Assembly (NCBI GenBank): GCA_963828525.1
Contig: CAWHEP010000005.1
Span: forward strand, 96,001-160,000
Length of the DNA stretch: 64,000 nucleotides
Source: an uncultured Verrucomicrobiae bacterium
GTDB lineage: Bacteria; Verrucomicrobiota; Verrucomicrobiia; Chthoniobacterales; Chthoniobacteraceae
Reading direction: 5' to 3'
The notes under the pieces are model-generated. The model saw only the letters and a program-made list of their open reading frames with translations, did not search any database and was not told the origin of the DNA. Made by a program: the position numbers and the translations under genes. Below, piece after piece: positions 10,031 to 18,406 of this stretch. Position 1 is the stretch's first letter; each line of letters starts with the position of its first letter.

Positions 10031-11509
10031 ATGCCGAACTTATCCGTCTCCGAACCTGTAGCCGTCAAACGCCGGCAACTGAAACTCTGCCCGGACTCAA
10101 CCCGTGTGCTGCTGCGCCCATTTATCCCGAACAGCGCCCAGCAGGTCAGCAATGTTATCGGAAGGGCCATGTCGCTCAGCGATGCGGAAGTTGAAGAAGT
10201 TCTGGCAGAGGTGTCCGCGGAGTTTAATAACCGGCATTTTAACGCGGAGGCGATTTTTGAGCGGCATTTTCAGAAGGTGAGTCCTCACCTTTTCATTGAT
10301 CGCGCCTTGCCACGCTCGCGCGAATTGCTCATCGGCTCCCTTTTCACCGGCGAATACGCACTTGGAGTCTGCTGCTCTTTTTAATCCTTCGATTGTTCCG
10401 CATCCCGATCAATCTGATCTTCCGCAAGGAGCCCTGCGCATAATCATGAGCCTGCGCGCGACGGGCGAGGGCCACATCTCCTCCATCGAGTTTCGCAGCG
10501 GAACGATCGATGCCAGGAACGAGATCACCCTCGATCCCGTCGGCCGCATGTAAGCGCGCCAGAGCCGAATCCCGACCCGACTTACGACAAACCTGTCTTT
10601 AAGGTGAAGCTTCACGACATGGGTTTTCGGAACCCATTCAGCGAAGGCATTCTTGACTCCCTGCCGGATACATTCACCTATCGCGAACTGCAGAGGGCAA
10701 TTGATTCGCGGAGAAGGGAAATCCGGATTCGGACTCACGACGAGGAGCGCACATTCGAATGCCTTTCCTGGCTGGCCGAAAGCAATTACGAGATTTTCTT
10801 CCCAGAGAAAATGCCGCTTGGCGAACGAATCCTTTTTCCGCACTCCGCTAACGAAAGCAATGGCATCGAAGATGCCCGTTTTGTGAGGTTTGTGGATGAC
10901 GATGGAAGCGCGGTTTACTACGCCACTTACACAGCCTACAACGGGCGCGTGATCCTGCCCCAGCTCATCGAGACGCGGGATTTCCTGCGCTTCAAGATGG
11001 TAACGCTGAACGGGAATGCCGTGCAAAATAAGGGCATGGCCCTCTTCCCCCGGCGCATTCGAGGACAATATGCCATGCTGTCCCGGCAGGATGACGAGAA
11101 CCTGTTTCTCATGTATTCGGATAACCCCCATTTCTGGAGCGATCCCGTCAAACTGCTGCGCCCGGCTTTCTCCTGGGAACTCTCAAAGCTTGGCAACTGC
11201 GGTTCTCCCATCGAAACTGCGGAAGGATGGCTGGTAATTACCCATGGCGTGGGGCCGATGCGCAAATACTGCATGGGCGCGGTGCTGCTTGACCTCGAGA
11301 ACCCTCTCCGCGTGATTGGCCGCCTCCGTGAGCCTCTCATCAAGCCGGCGGAGAACGAACGCGAGGGATATGTGCCGAACGTCGTGTATTCCTGCGGCTC
11401 ACTCGCGCGGAACGGCGAAGTGATCATCCCCTACGCAATGAGTGATTTCGCGTCCAGCGTGGCCACTGTGTCCCTTGACGAGTTGCTCGGCGCTCTCCGG
11501 CGAGCCTAG
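10031..11509 (+). CDS. Glycoside hydrolase family 130 (beta-mannoside phosphorylase-like) with N-terminal extension; frameshifts near 10360 and 10550
   Basis: ESAALFNPSIV, RATGEGHISS, GIEDARF, NKGMALFP, KLGNCGSP and EREGYVPNVVYSCG appear across three ORF pieces. Confidence 0.88.
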
Positions 11510-11636
11510 GCCTGCTGGGGAGGCAAGCCCCCTTGCTCTGTCTGCGGCTGGCCACGTCCACCGGTGGCGTAGAGCGCGAATGTAGGTGAAGTCATTTCGG
11601 CTTGCCCGCGTTTCTTGGTCATCCTCTCTCAGTTCT

Positions 11637-12449
11637 ATGTATCACCACATCAAAAAGCTCATGTTCACTGTTCGGGTGGGCCAACCCGATCCCCGTTTTG
11701 GCAACATGCTCCTTGAGCAGTTTGGAGGAGCCAACGGTGAACTTGCCGCCGCGATGCAGTATTCCATTCAGGGAATCAACTGCGAAGACGTCGCGTGCAA
11801 GGACTTGCTCATGGACATCGGAACCGAGGAGCTCAGCCATCTGGAGGTCATCGGGACGCTCGCCCGTATGCATTTGAAGCCGATGAAGAAGGACGCCGAT
11901 GCCGCAGAGCATGATCCTTTGATTTGCATTGCGGGCGGCGGTGGCGTTGCTCTTTGCAACTCGATGGGCAACTCATGGACAGCGGATTACCTGAAGATAA
12001 CGGGAGAACTGGACGTCGATCTCCGCAGTAATATCGCTGCGGAAGCGCGCGCCAAGATCGTGTATGAGCGGCTCATCAACTTCTGCGACGACCCTGGCAC
12101 CAAGGAAGCGTTGCAGTTCCTCATGACCCGCGAAATCACGCACATGAGCGCCTTCATGAAAGCGCTGGACAACTTAGGCAAACCTCCGCTTTCCATTGGA
12201 CTCATTGCGCCGACACCGGGGATTGTAGACCAGTGGTATAACGACTCGACGGGGGAAGGGGATCACGGCGAGAAGGACGTAGCCGCGCCTTGGAATACTT
12301 CCGACGAAATTACGATCGTCGAAGCTCCGGCCCTACTCGAGTTCCAGGTGCTAAAAGCTACCCCGACTGGTGGCAAAACGACGTTGGATCGCTCCCTCAA
12401 AGATGCCGCGCGGCCGGCTCGTGTGACTAAAGCGAAGCCCCGTCGCTAG
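11637..12449 (+). CDS. Manganese catalase family protein
   Basis: EQFGGANGELAAAMQY, DIGTEELSHLE, NIAAEARAK, FLMTREITH. Confidence 0.93.
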   Translation: MYHHIKKLMFTVRVGQPDPRFGNMLLEQFGGANGELAAAMQYSIQGINCEDVACKDLLMDIGTEELSHLEVIGTLARMHLKPMKKDADAAEHDPLICIAGGGGVALCNSMGNSWTADYLKITGELDVDLRSNIAAEARAKIVYERLINFCDDPGTKEALQFLMTREITHMSAFMKALDNLGKPPLSIGLIAPTPGIVDQWYNDSTGEGDHGEKDVAAPWNTSDEITIVEAPALLEFQVLKATPTGGKTTLDRSLKDAARPARVTKAKPRR

Positions 12450-12509
12450 CTGGCGAATTTGGAAGAGGAGAGAAACGCGAAAGGAGCGCTTCCAACGAAT
12501 CTTGGTATT

Positions 12510-12782
12510 ATGTCTCTAACCTACCAACCGTTCGCCGAGGCGCCCGCAGTCGATCACCTGGCTCAAGACCTTCACATGAATGTGCCCGAATCCGAGCGTA
12601 TCGTCTCTGGCGTGGCGGGAATGCTTCTCGCCGCTGCCGGTCTGTCCAGAACAGGTTTGATCCGATATCTCCTGCTCCTCGCGGCAGTGTTGCTCGTCAG
12701 GCGTGGCGTGAGCGGAGAATGTCTCGTATATCGCAGGCTTGGCGTCGATAAGCGGCACGGGATGCCTCGACTTCAACAGTAA
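12510..12782 (+). CDS. Small membrane protein, DUF2892/YgaP-like
   Basis: NVPESERIVSGVAG...RRGVSGECLVYRRLGV with two hydrophobic segments. Confidence 0.8.
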   Translation: MSLTYQPFAEAPAVDHLAQDLHMNVPESERIVSGVAGMLLAAAGLSRTGLIRYLLLLAAVLLVRRGVSGECLVYRRLGVDKRHGMPRLQQ

Positions 12783-12784
12783 AC

Positions 12785-12820
12785 AAAAACGACGCCGCCC
12801 AAATGGACGGCGTCGCTTTT
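12785..12820. terminator. Bidirectional intrinsic terminator
   Basis: aaaaa-cgacgccg-ccc-aaat-gga-cggcgtcg-c-tttt between convergent genes. Confidence 0.8.
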
Positions 12821-12842
12821 CTGAGTATCTCCCTGCAGCCAG

Positions 12843-13856
12843 CTAGGGCGTCGGCACCGTCGCGATCGTCTGCAAGATTCGGCTTGCGATCTTGTAGGGA
12901 TCACCCGCTGAGTTCGGGCGGCGATCTTCAAGGTACCCTTTGTAGCCGTTGTTGACGAAACTATGTGGCACCCGGATCGATGCTCCCCGATTCGCCACCC
13001 CGTAGTTGAACTTGTCGATTGACTGGGTTTCGTGCAACCCCGTCAGGCGCAGATGATTGTCAGGCCCATACACCGCAATGTGCTCGTTCTTGTACTTATC
13101 GAACGCGGCCATCAGCGCTTCGAAGTACGCCTTGCCCCCCTTCTCGCGCATGTATTCCGTGGAAAAATTGCTGTGCATCCCTGATCCATTCCAGTCTCCC
13201 TTGATCGGCTTGCAATGCAGTTCCACGTCGATTCCGTAGCCTTCGCAAAGCCTCATCAGGAGATAGCGGGCCATCCACATCTCGTCTGCCGCCTTCCTCG
13301 AGCCTTTTCCAAAAATTTGAAACTCCCACTGCCCCTTTGCCACTTCAGCATTGATTCCTTCGTGGTTGATTCCCGCGTCCAGGCAAAGATCCAGATGCTT
13401 GTCCACGATCTCACGCGCGACGTCGCCTACGGCATTGTAACCCACGGCGGTGTAATATTTTCCTTGCGGAGAAGGGTAACCCTCTTTTGGGAACCCTAGT
13501 GGCCGCCCATCTTCCATGAGGAAGTATTCCTGTTCGAAGCCGAACCATGTGCCCGGGTCGTCCAGGATCGTCGCGCGCGCGTTGGTTGAATGCGGTGTGC
13601 CGTCTGGATGCAACACCTCACAGAGAACAAGCACCCCGTTCGTCTTCGTGGAGTCTGGATAGGAAGCCACAGGCTTCAGAACGCAGTCCGAGCTGTGACC
13701 CTCCGCTTGCTTCGTCGAGCTGCCATCGAATCCCCAATTCGGCAGGTCTTCCAGTTTCGGGAACTTATCGAAGTCCTTGACCAGGGTTTTGCCGCGCATG
13801 TTGGCAACGGGCTCGTAGCCGTCGAGCCAGATGTATTCCAGTTTGTATTTCGCCAT
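12843..13856 (-). CDS. glnII: Glutamine synthetase type II (eukaryote-like, 337 aa)
   Basis: LEYIWLDG, WGFDGSST, WFGFEQEY, GINAEVAKGQWEFQI, GDWNGSGMHSNFST, RLTGLHET, NRGASIR, GYLEDRRP. Confidence 0.96.
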   Translation of the reverse strand: MAKYKLEYIWLDGYEPVANMRGKTLVKDFDKFPKLEDLPNWGFDGSSTKQAEGHSSDCVLKPVASYPDSTKTNGVLVLCEVLHPDGTPHSTNARATILDDPGTWFGFEQEYFLMEDGRPLGFPKEGYPSPQGKYYTAVGYNAVGDVAREIVDKHLDLCLDAGINHEGINAEVAKGQWEFQIFGKGSRKAADEMWMARYLLMRLCEGYGIDVELHCKPIKGDWNGSGMHSNFSTEYMREKGGKAYFEALMAAFDKYKNEHIAVYGPDNHLRLTGLHETQSIDKFNYGVANRGASIRVPHSFVNNGYKGYLEDRRPNSAGDPYKIASRILQTIATVPTP

Positions 13857-13961
13857 GATTTATTTTGCTTTTGTCTATTTTTGACCGGTCGCGCTCCAAT
13901 CAACGGTCTGGTTGTTCAATTTTGCCCTCATTTCACCACTTTTTTGCGCGTTGGCACACAT

Positions 13962-13977
13962 AGCAGGTTAGATGCCA
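13962..13977 (-). promoter_or_regulatory. Sigma54 (-24/-12) promoter of glnII
   Basis: Minus strand TGGCATCTAACCTGCT with correct GG-N10-GC spacing, ~105 nt upstream of the glnII start. Confidence 0.7.
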
Positions 13978-14074
13978 TTCGGGCCTTTTACCGGGCAAGT
14001 ATATTCGACTCGCGCCTTATTGTTTCTAAACCGCTCGACGACTCCGGCGCCCTCCCACAGAACCGGTTTCCTCC

Positions 14075-14091
14075 GGCGCTCTCATGGTGCA
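14075..14091. promoter_or_regulatory. NtrC-like enhancer site
   Basis: GGCGCTC-TCA-TGGTGCA versus NtrC consensus TGCACCA-N3-TGGTGCA. The right half is perfect, and the site is ~125-140 nt upstream of the inferred glnII +1. Confidence 0.45.
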
Positions 14092-14100
14092 TGATTCCCC

Positions 14101-14487
14101 ATGGAGCAAGTGAAGGACACCCTAAGGGCGACCGTGCGCATCAGTTACGACGGGAAAGTCTATAAAACTTTCCGAGGCCCAACGCCGATGAGCGTTTCGC
14201 CACCGAAGTTCGGGTGCTCCGCCATCTCGAAGAGCGACAATGTCCCTTCGTTCCGCGCCTTTTGGAGGCGGATCGCCGCGCAGTTGCGAATCGTGACGAC
14301 GAATTGCGGCAGACGGGTTGAGCATCTGGACGACGAGCCGGGCGAAGGAGCTTTTTGCCGAACTTGCCATATGGGGTCCGCCACGACGATGCCGAGGTGC
14401 AGAAACGTGACCTACCGACAATCCGATGGGCGATTTTGCCTGATCGATTTCGAATTTGCCACCATTCTCCCGGAGGCGAGAGATTGA
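14101..14487 (+). CDS. Minimal protein-kinase-like protein (~128 aa; several compensating indels)
   Basis: Frame-corrected reading: KVYKTF...RFATEVRVLRHL...FVPRLL...GVRHDDAEVRNVTY...FCLIDFEFA, giving the beta3 Lys, alphaC Glu, HxDxxxxN and DFE. Confidence 0.75.
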   Translation: MEQVKDTLRATVRISYDGKVYKTFRGPTPMSVSPPKFGCSAISKSDNVPSFRAFWRRIAAQLRIVTTNCGRRVEHLDDEPGEGAFCRTCHMGSATTMPRCRNVTYRQSDGRFCLIDFEFATILPEARD

Positions 14488-14495
14488 ACCCGTCC

Positions 14496-15327
14496 ATGGA
14501 CGCATCTCTGGATGGTTCCACGCGCCGGCTGCGGTGGTATGGACGAGACAGATCGCGGAAAGGTGCGTAAGAATAACGAGGATTCCTTCCTCGCTTTGCA
14601 GTTCGATGGCGAGGGGGTGCGTTATCTCGGCAAGGTCGGAGAAGCTTCCACCTCATCAACGGATTTCGTGTTCGCCGTGAGCGATGGGATGGGTGGAGCC
14701 GCGTCTGGGGAATACGCAAGCCGGATCACCGTCGAAAAAATCACCCGTATCTTACCAAAGTCCTTCAAACAATCCGCCGTCGGCATAGAAGCGGGATTCA
14801 CGGATGTCCTCGCGGAGATATTTGATCAGGTTCATCGCACACTGACGTATGTCGGAGGCAGTTACGAAGAGTGCTTCGGAATGGGGGCCACCCTGAGTCT
14901 TTGCTGGTTCACCCCGTCGTGGATGTACTTCGGTCATATCGGTGATAGCCGCATTTACTACCTGCCAGCGACAGGGGAGGGCATTAAACAGCTAAGCCAT
15001 GATGATACTCATGTCGGCTGGCTGTTGCGCAATGGAAAGATCAACGCGCGGGAGGCGCGCTATCACCCGCGCAGGACGGTGCTACAAAAAGCGCTTGGAG
15101 CTGGGCATCAATTTGTCGACCCACAGATTGGCTCGGTCAGCTACGCAAGCGGGGACATGTTCATGCTATGCACGGATGGCCTCGTGGAAGGGCTGTTCGA
15201 TGAGCAGTTTATGGATGTCCTGCGTTCCGCCCCTCCTGTCGCCAACCCTGCGGAGCGCCTTGTTTCCACCTCAGTGGAAGCTGCGGGTCGCGATAACACC
15301 ACAGCTCTGGTCATCCAGATCCTGTAG
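14496..15327 (+). CDS. PP2C/PPM family Ser/Thr protein phosphatase (frameshift near 14545)
   Basis: TDRGKVRKNNED, AVSDGMGG, MGATLS, HIGDSRIY, LCTDGL, GRDNTT. Confidence 0.93.
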
Positions 15328-15351
15328 AAAGGATTGGCCGGGTCGCGCCCC

Positions 15352-16458
15352 CTACTTCACGAGATCGCGCTTCTTGCGTGAGAGGGCGCGCGCCGCGTTG
15401 AACGAGACGCCTTCTATGAAGAAAGCGGATGCCGACTTGCCGATGGCATAGGTGCCCGCCCCGGCAATGCCCCCTGAGATCGCGTTGCCCCAGCCGGGAA
15501 GAAGCTTGAGGAGGGCGCGCGACCCTTCCCGAAGCACCAACCCTGTTCCGATGTTGGCGCCCATCGCGCCGATGAACTCGGCAGCCAGTTTCATGCTGAG
15601 TTCCCGCCCGCTCACGTACATGATTCCCGCCACCATCATCGCCTGCAAAGAGGTCAGAATCGGAAAATCCGCGAGCGGGATGGGTTGTGTTCCAATGGCC
15701 GTGCAGATCGCGGCGAAGGACTTTACCAGCACCTGCGCGATTCGCGCCTGCACGGAGCGAACGCCTGACAGTCGAGCCATCTCCAGGCGCGCTTCGTCGG
15801 GCAGCATTTCCAGGATTGCCTCCGCCAAAGGCTCGACGATCTTTCGCCGATCTGGAGTAAATGCGCCATCCTCGCCAAATCCGCCGCTGGCCGGGATTTG
15901 GAAGCAGAAGCGCAAGTGTTCACAGATCAGCACTCTTTCCTGCAGGGACGCCCGAAACTCGTCGGATGATGCGTCGGAGTCGCTCGTGTCTGACGTCGCG
16001 AGGACCCCGATGATGCCTGGCAGCGGTCGCTCCCGGCGGGCAAGAAATTCCAGAATCTTGTCGGCGACATCCATATCCTGCCCCACTGCAGAGGTCGACC
16101 GTACGAAGATGAATAAGTCGGGCGGCTCAGTGACCAGAGCATTTTTCAGCATGTTGGAAGTGCCGGGCGAGCGAATGTCCAGGATACGCAACGATCCTTT
16201 TTTCAACCGGGTCACATCGTGCCAGCCCATCTGCTTCTGGGTGTCCCGCGCGCTGTCGATGACGTCCGCGCCAAATAAAGCGTTGATCACTGCGGCCCGC
16301 GCCTGTCCTCCTTCGCCCATGAGAGCCACCCTGGGTGATCGCCTTGCCAGGAAGAGAGTCTTTAGAGGAGTAAGTTCCTGCAGGATGGGCTTCTGAAGAG
16401 CGGCGGGAAGCTTGGATACAAGACCCTCGAGCCTTTCGTAAAGCTGCAGTATATTCAT
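15352..16458 (-). CDS. Degenerate GTPase-like domain + DUF697/YcjF-like membrane domain protein
   Basis: RVALMGEGGQARAAVINALFG (eroded P-loop) and LRILDIR. The C-terminus has IGTQPIPLADFPILTSLQ and KLLPGWGNAISGGIAGAGTYAIG. Confidence 0.75.
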   Translation of the reverse strand: MNILQLYERLEGLVSKLPAALQKPILQELTPLKTLFLARRSPRVALMGEGGQARAAVINALFGADVIDSARDTQKQMGWHDVTRLKKGSLRILDIRSPGTSNMLKNALVTEPPDLFIFVRSTSAVGQDMDVADKILEFLARRERPLPGIIGVLATSDTSDSDASSDEFRASLQERVLICEHLRFCFQIPASGGFGEDGAFTPDRRKIVEPLAEAILEMLPDEARLEMARLSGVRSVQARIAQVLVKSFAAICTAIGTQPIPLADFPILTSLQAMMVAGIMYVSGRELSMKLAAEFIGAMGANIGTGLVLREGSRALLKLLPGWGNAISGGIAGAGTYAIGKSASAFFIEGVSFNAARALSRKKRDLVK

Positions 16459-16517
16459 GCGAGTGTCTTCTGCGAATTGGCCAAGCCCGGGATGCGGTCT
16501 GCCGACGGTTCACACCA

Positions 16518-16988
16518 TCAGCCCGCGAGGGCGGAAAGCAACTGCTCCACGTGCTCCGCGGGTTTCACCTTCCGCAGTATCGCCTTGATCTTCCTGTCCT
16601 TCCCGATGACGAACGTAGTGCGTTCGGTGCCCATGTAGGGCTTGCCATACATGCTCTTTTCCACCCACACGCCGTAGTCCTCGACGATCTTCTTCGTCCC
16701 ATCGCTAAGAAGTGGAAAAGGAAGGCTGAATTTGTCCAAAAACGCCCTGTGGCTTTCGGGTGAATCAATGCTCACGCCAAAGATCTCCGCCTTCTCGGCG
16801 AACTGATGCCAGGCGTCGCGCAGCGAACAAGCTTGGGTGGTGCATCCCGGCGTGTCGTCTTTGGGGTAAAAATAGAGAACCACGTTTTTACCCGCGAGGT
16901 CCAGGAGGGACACAGAGGTTCCTTCACCGTAGGGGCCGCCAACAGCAGTAGCGGTGAACGCGGGGGCGGGATCGTTGATTTGTAGCAT
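16518..16988 (-). CDS. bcp: Thioredoxin-dependent peroxiredoxin (BCP)
   Basis: VVLYFYPKDDTPGCTTQACSLRD, FPLLSD, ERTTFVI. Confidence 0.95.
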   Translation of the reverse strand: MLQINDPAPAFTATAVGGPYGEGTSVSLLDLAGKNVVLYFYPKDDTPGCTTQACSLRDAWHQFAEKAEIFGVSIDSPESHRAFLDKFSLPFPLLSDGTKKIVEDYGVWVEKSMYGKPYMGTERTTFVIGKDRKIKAILRKVKPAEHVEQLLSALAG

Positions 16989-17028
16989 TTGCTTTTGCCT
17001 TTCGTTTCTCGTTTGATAGTTGGCCGCG

Positions 17029-17664
17029 ATGACCACCGCCAACAAAATAACTATCGCGCGGATTCTTATGATCCCTGTGTTCGTGATGATGGCGATCTAT
17101 TACGGAAAAAGCGTGATCAGCGGCGCCCCGCAGGATTGGCAAAGGTACTGCGCCATCGGTGTCTTTCTCGTGGCAGCCGCCAGCGACGGGTTGGACGGCT
17201 ACATCGCTCGCCGCTATAACCAGCGGAGCAAATTAGGCCTGATACTGGACCCAATCGCCGACAAGGGCTTGCTGCTGGCCGGGATCATCACTCTTAGCTT
17301 CACAAAGTGGAGCTATGAATTCCCGACTTGGTTTCCTGTTCTGGTAATTACTCGCGATGTGGTGATTGTGGCGGGCACGATCGGTTTGCATTACATGGTG
17401 GGCGCCGTCCGCGTGCGGCCAAGCTGGCTCGGCAAGACGGCTACAGCTCTGCAGATGGCTGCCATTGCCTGTGTTCTGCTGCAGCTAAACCCTCTCCACC
17501 GCGATATCAAACTCGGCAGCCTGATCGTTCACTATGACTTCCTCGACATCCCGGTGGCGCTCGCCGGCCTTTTCACCTTTGCGTCTGGCATCGGCTACGT
17601 CATGGAGGGGATTGCCCAACTCCACGCCGGCGGTCATGGCTCAGAGGAAGGTTTGATTCACTAA
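17029..17664 (+). CDS. CDP-alcohol phosphatidyltransferase (PgsA-like)
   Basis: ANKITIARI and SDGLDGYIARRYNQRSKLGLILDPIADK. Confidence 0.92.
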   Translation: MTTANKITIARILMIPVFVMMAIYYGKSVISGAPQDWQRYCAIGVFLVAAASDGLDGYIARRYNQRSKLGLILDPIADKGLLLAGIITLSFTKWSYEFPTWFPVLVITRDVVIVAGTIGLHYMVGAVRVRPSWLGKTATALQMAAIACVLLQLNPLHRDIKLGSLIVHYDFLDIPVALAGLFTFASGIGYVMEGIAQLHAGGHGSEEGLIH

Positions 17665-18278
17665 TCCGACTTTTGGGCGGCGCTTTGCGCCTTGTACGCC
17701 TTGTATCTGCCGAGGATGCTGTCGACATAACCCCTGGTGGATTTGAAGGAGATGCTCTCCCGAAGATCATCAGCCGAGGTCTTCTCACCCATGTTGGTCT
17801 GGTCAATCCAGCGGTCCACCCGTTTCTTTCCGGCGTTGTATTCAGCCAAGGCGAAGGGGATTGGATCATCCTTCGCGCTCCAGCGTTGCAGGGCCTGCTT
17901 CAAATACCAGGTTCCTACTTCGATGTTCTTCCTTGGGTCGAAAAGTTCGTTCACGACGAACGTGTCGTCCTTCTGAATTCGCGCCCAATCCTTCGCCGCG
18001 GCTTCTGTCACCTGCATCAACCCCCGCTCTCCATTTTTTCCAACCTTGTCGGGATGGAATGAACTCTCCCGCCAGATCACTGCCTTTATCAGCATCGGAT
18101 CCACGCGCTGTTTGCGACCCACTTGCGCGATGATCGCGTCGTATCGGCTGAATCGTGAAAAATTCAGCCACTCTTGCACCGTATACAAGGGATCGTGGGA
18201 TCGCCACAGCACGAGTCCTCCGGCGGCCATCGCGGAGAGCAGAAGGACAGAGATCGTGCGGCTTAGAAACCTGAACAT
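17661..18278 (-). CDS. Lytic transglycosylase (SLT domain)
   Basis: AVIWRESSF, GERGLMQV, NIEVGTWYL, ALAEYNAG, plus an N-terminal membrane anchor. Confidence 0.92.
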   Translation of the reverse strand: MFRFLSRTISVLLLSAMAAGGLVLWRSHDPLYTVQEWLNFSRFSRYDAIIAQVGRKQRVDPMLIKAVIWRESSFHPDKVGKNGERGLMQVTEAAAKDWARIQKDDTFVVNELFDPRKNIEVGTWYLKQALQRWSAKDDPIPFALAEYNAGKKRVDRWIDQTNMGEKTSADDLRESISFKSTRGYVDSILGRYKAYKAQSAAQKSD

Positions 18279-18406
18279 GCGTCTAAGGTAGTAAAACTCG
18301 TCTGCGGTAATCCGCTATACATTTCGCGCGTGTCCCGCGGTCGGAACTCTCGCCAGCGCTTTAAACCGTTGCGACCACGGCAGTACGGCTGCTATCGAGT
18401 GGGTGA

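Noticed and set aside
15452..16396. Long antisense ORFs here and elsewhere (e.g. 46075-47145, 53968-54933, 58983-59900)
   Set aside because: Shadow ORFs expected in GC-rich coding DNA. They lie opposite well-supported genes and have no motifs.
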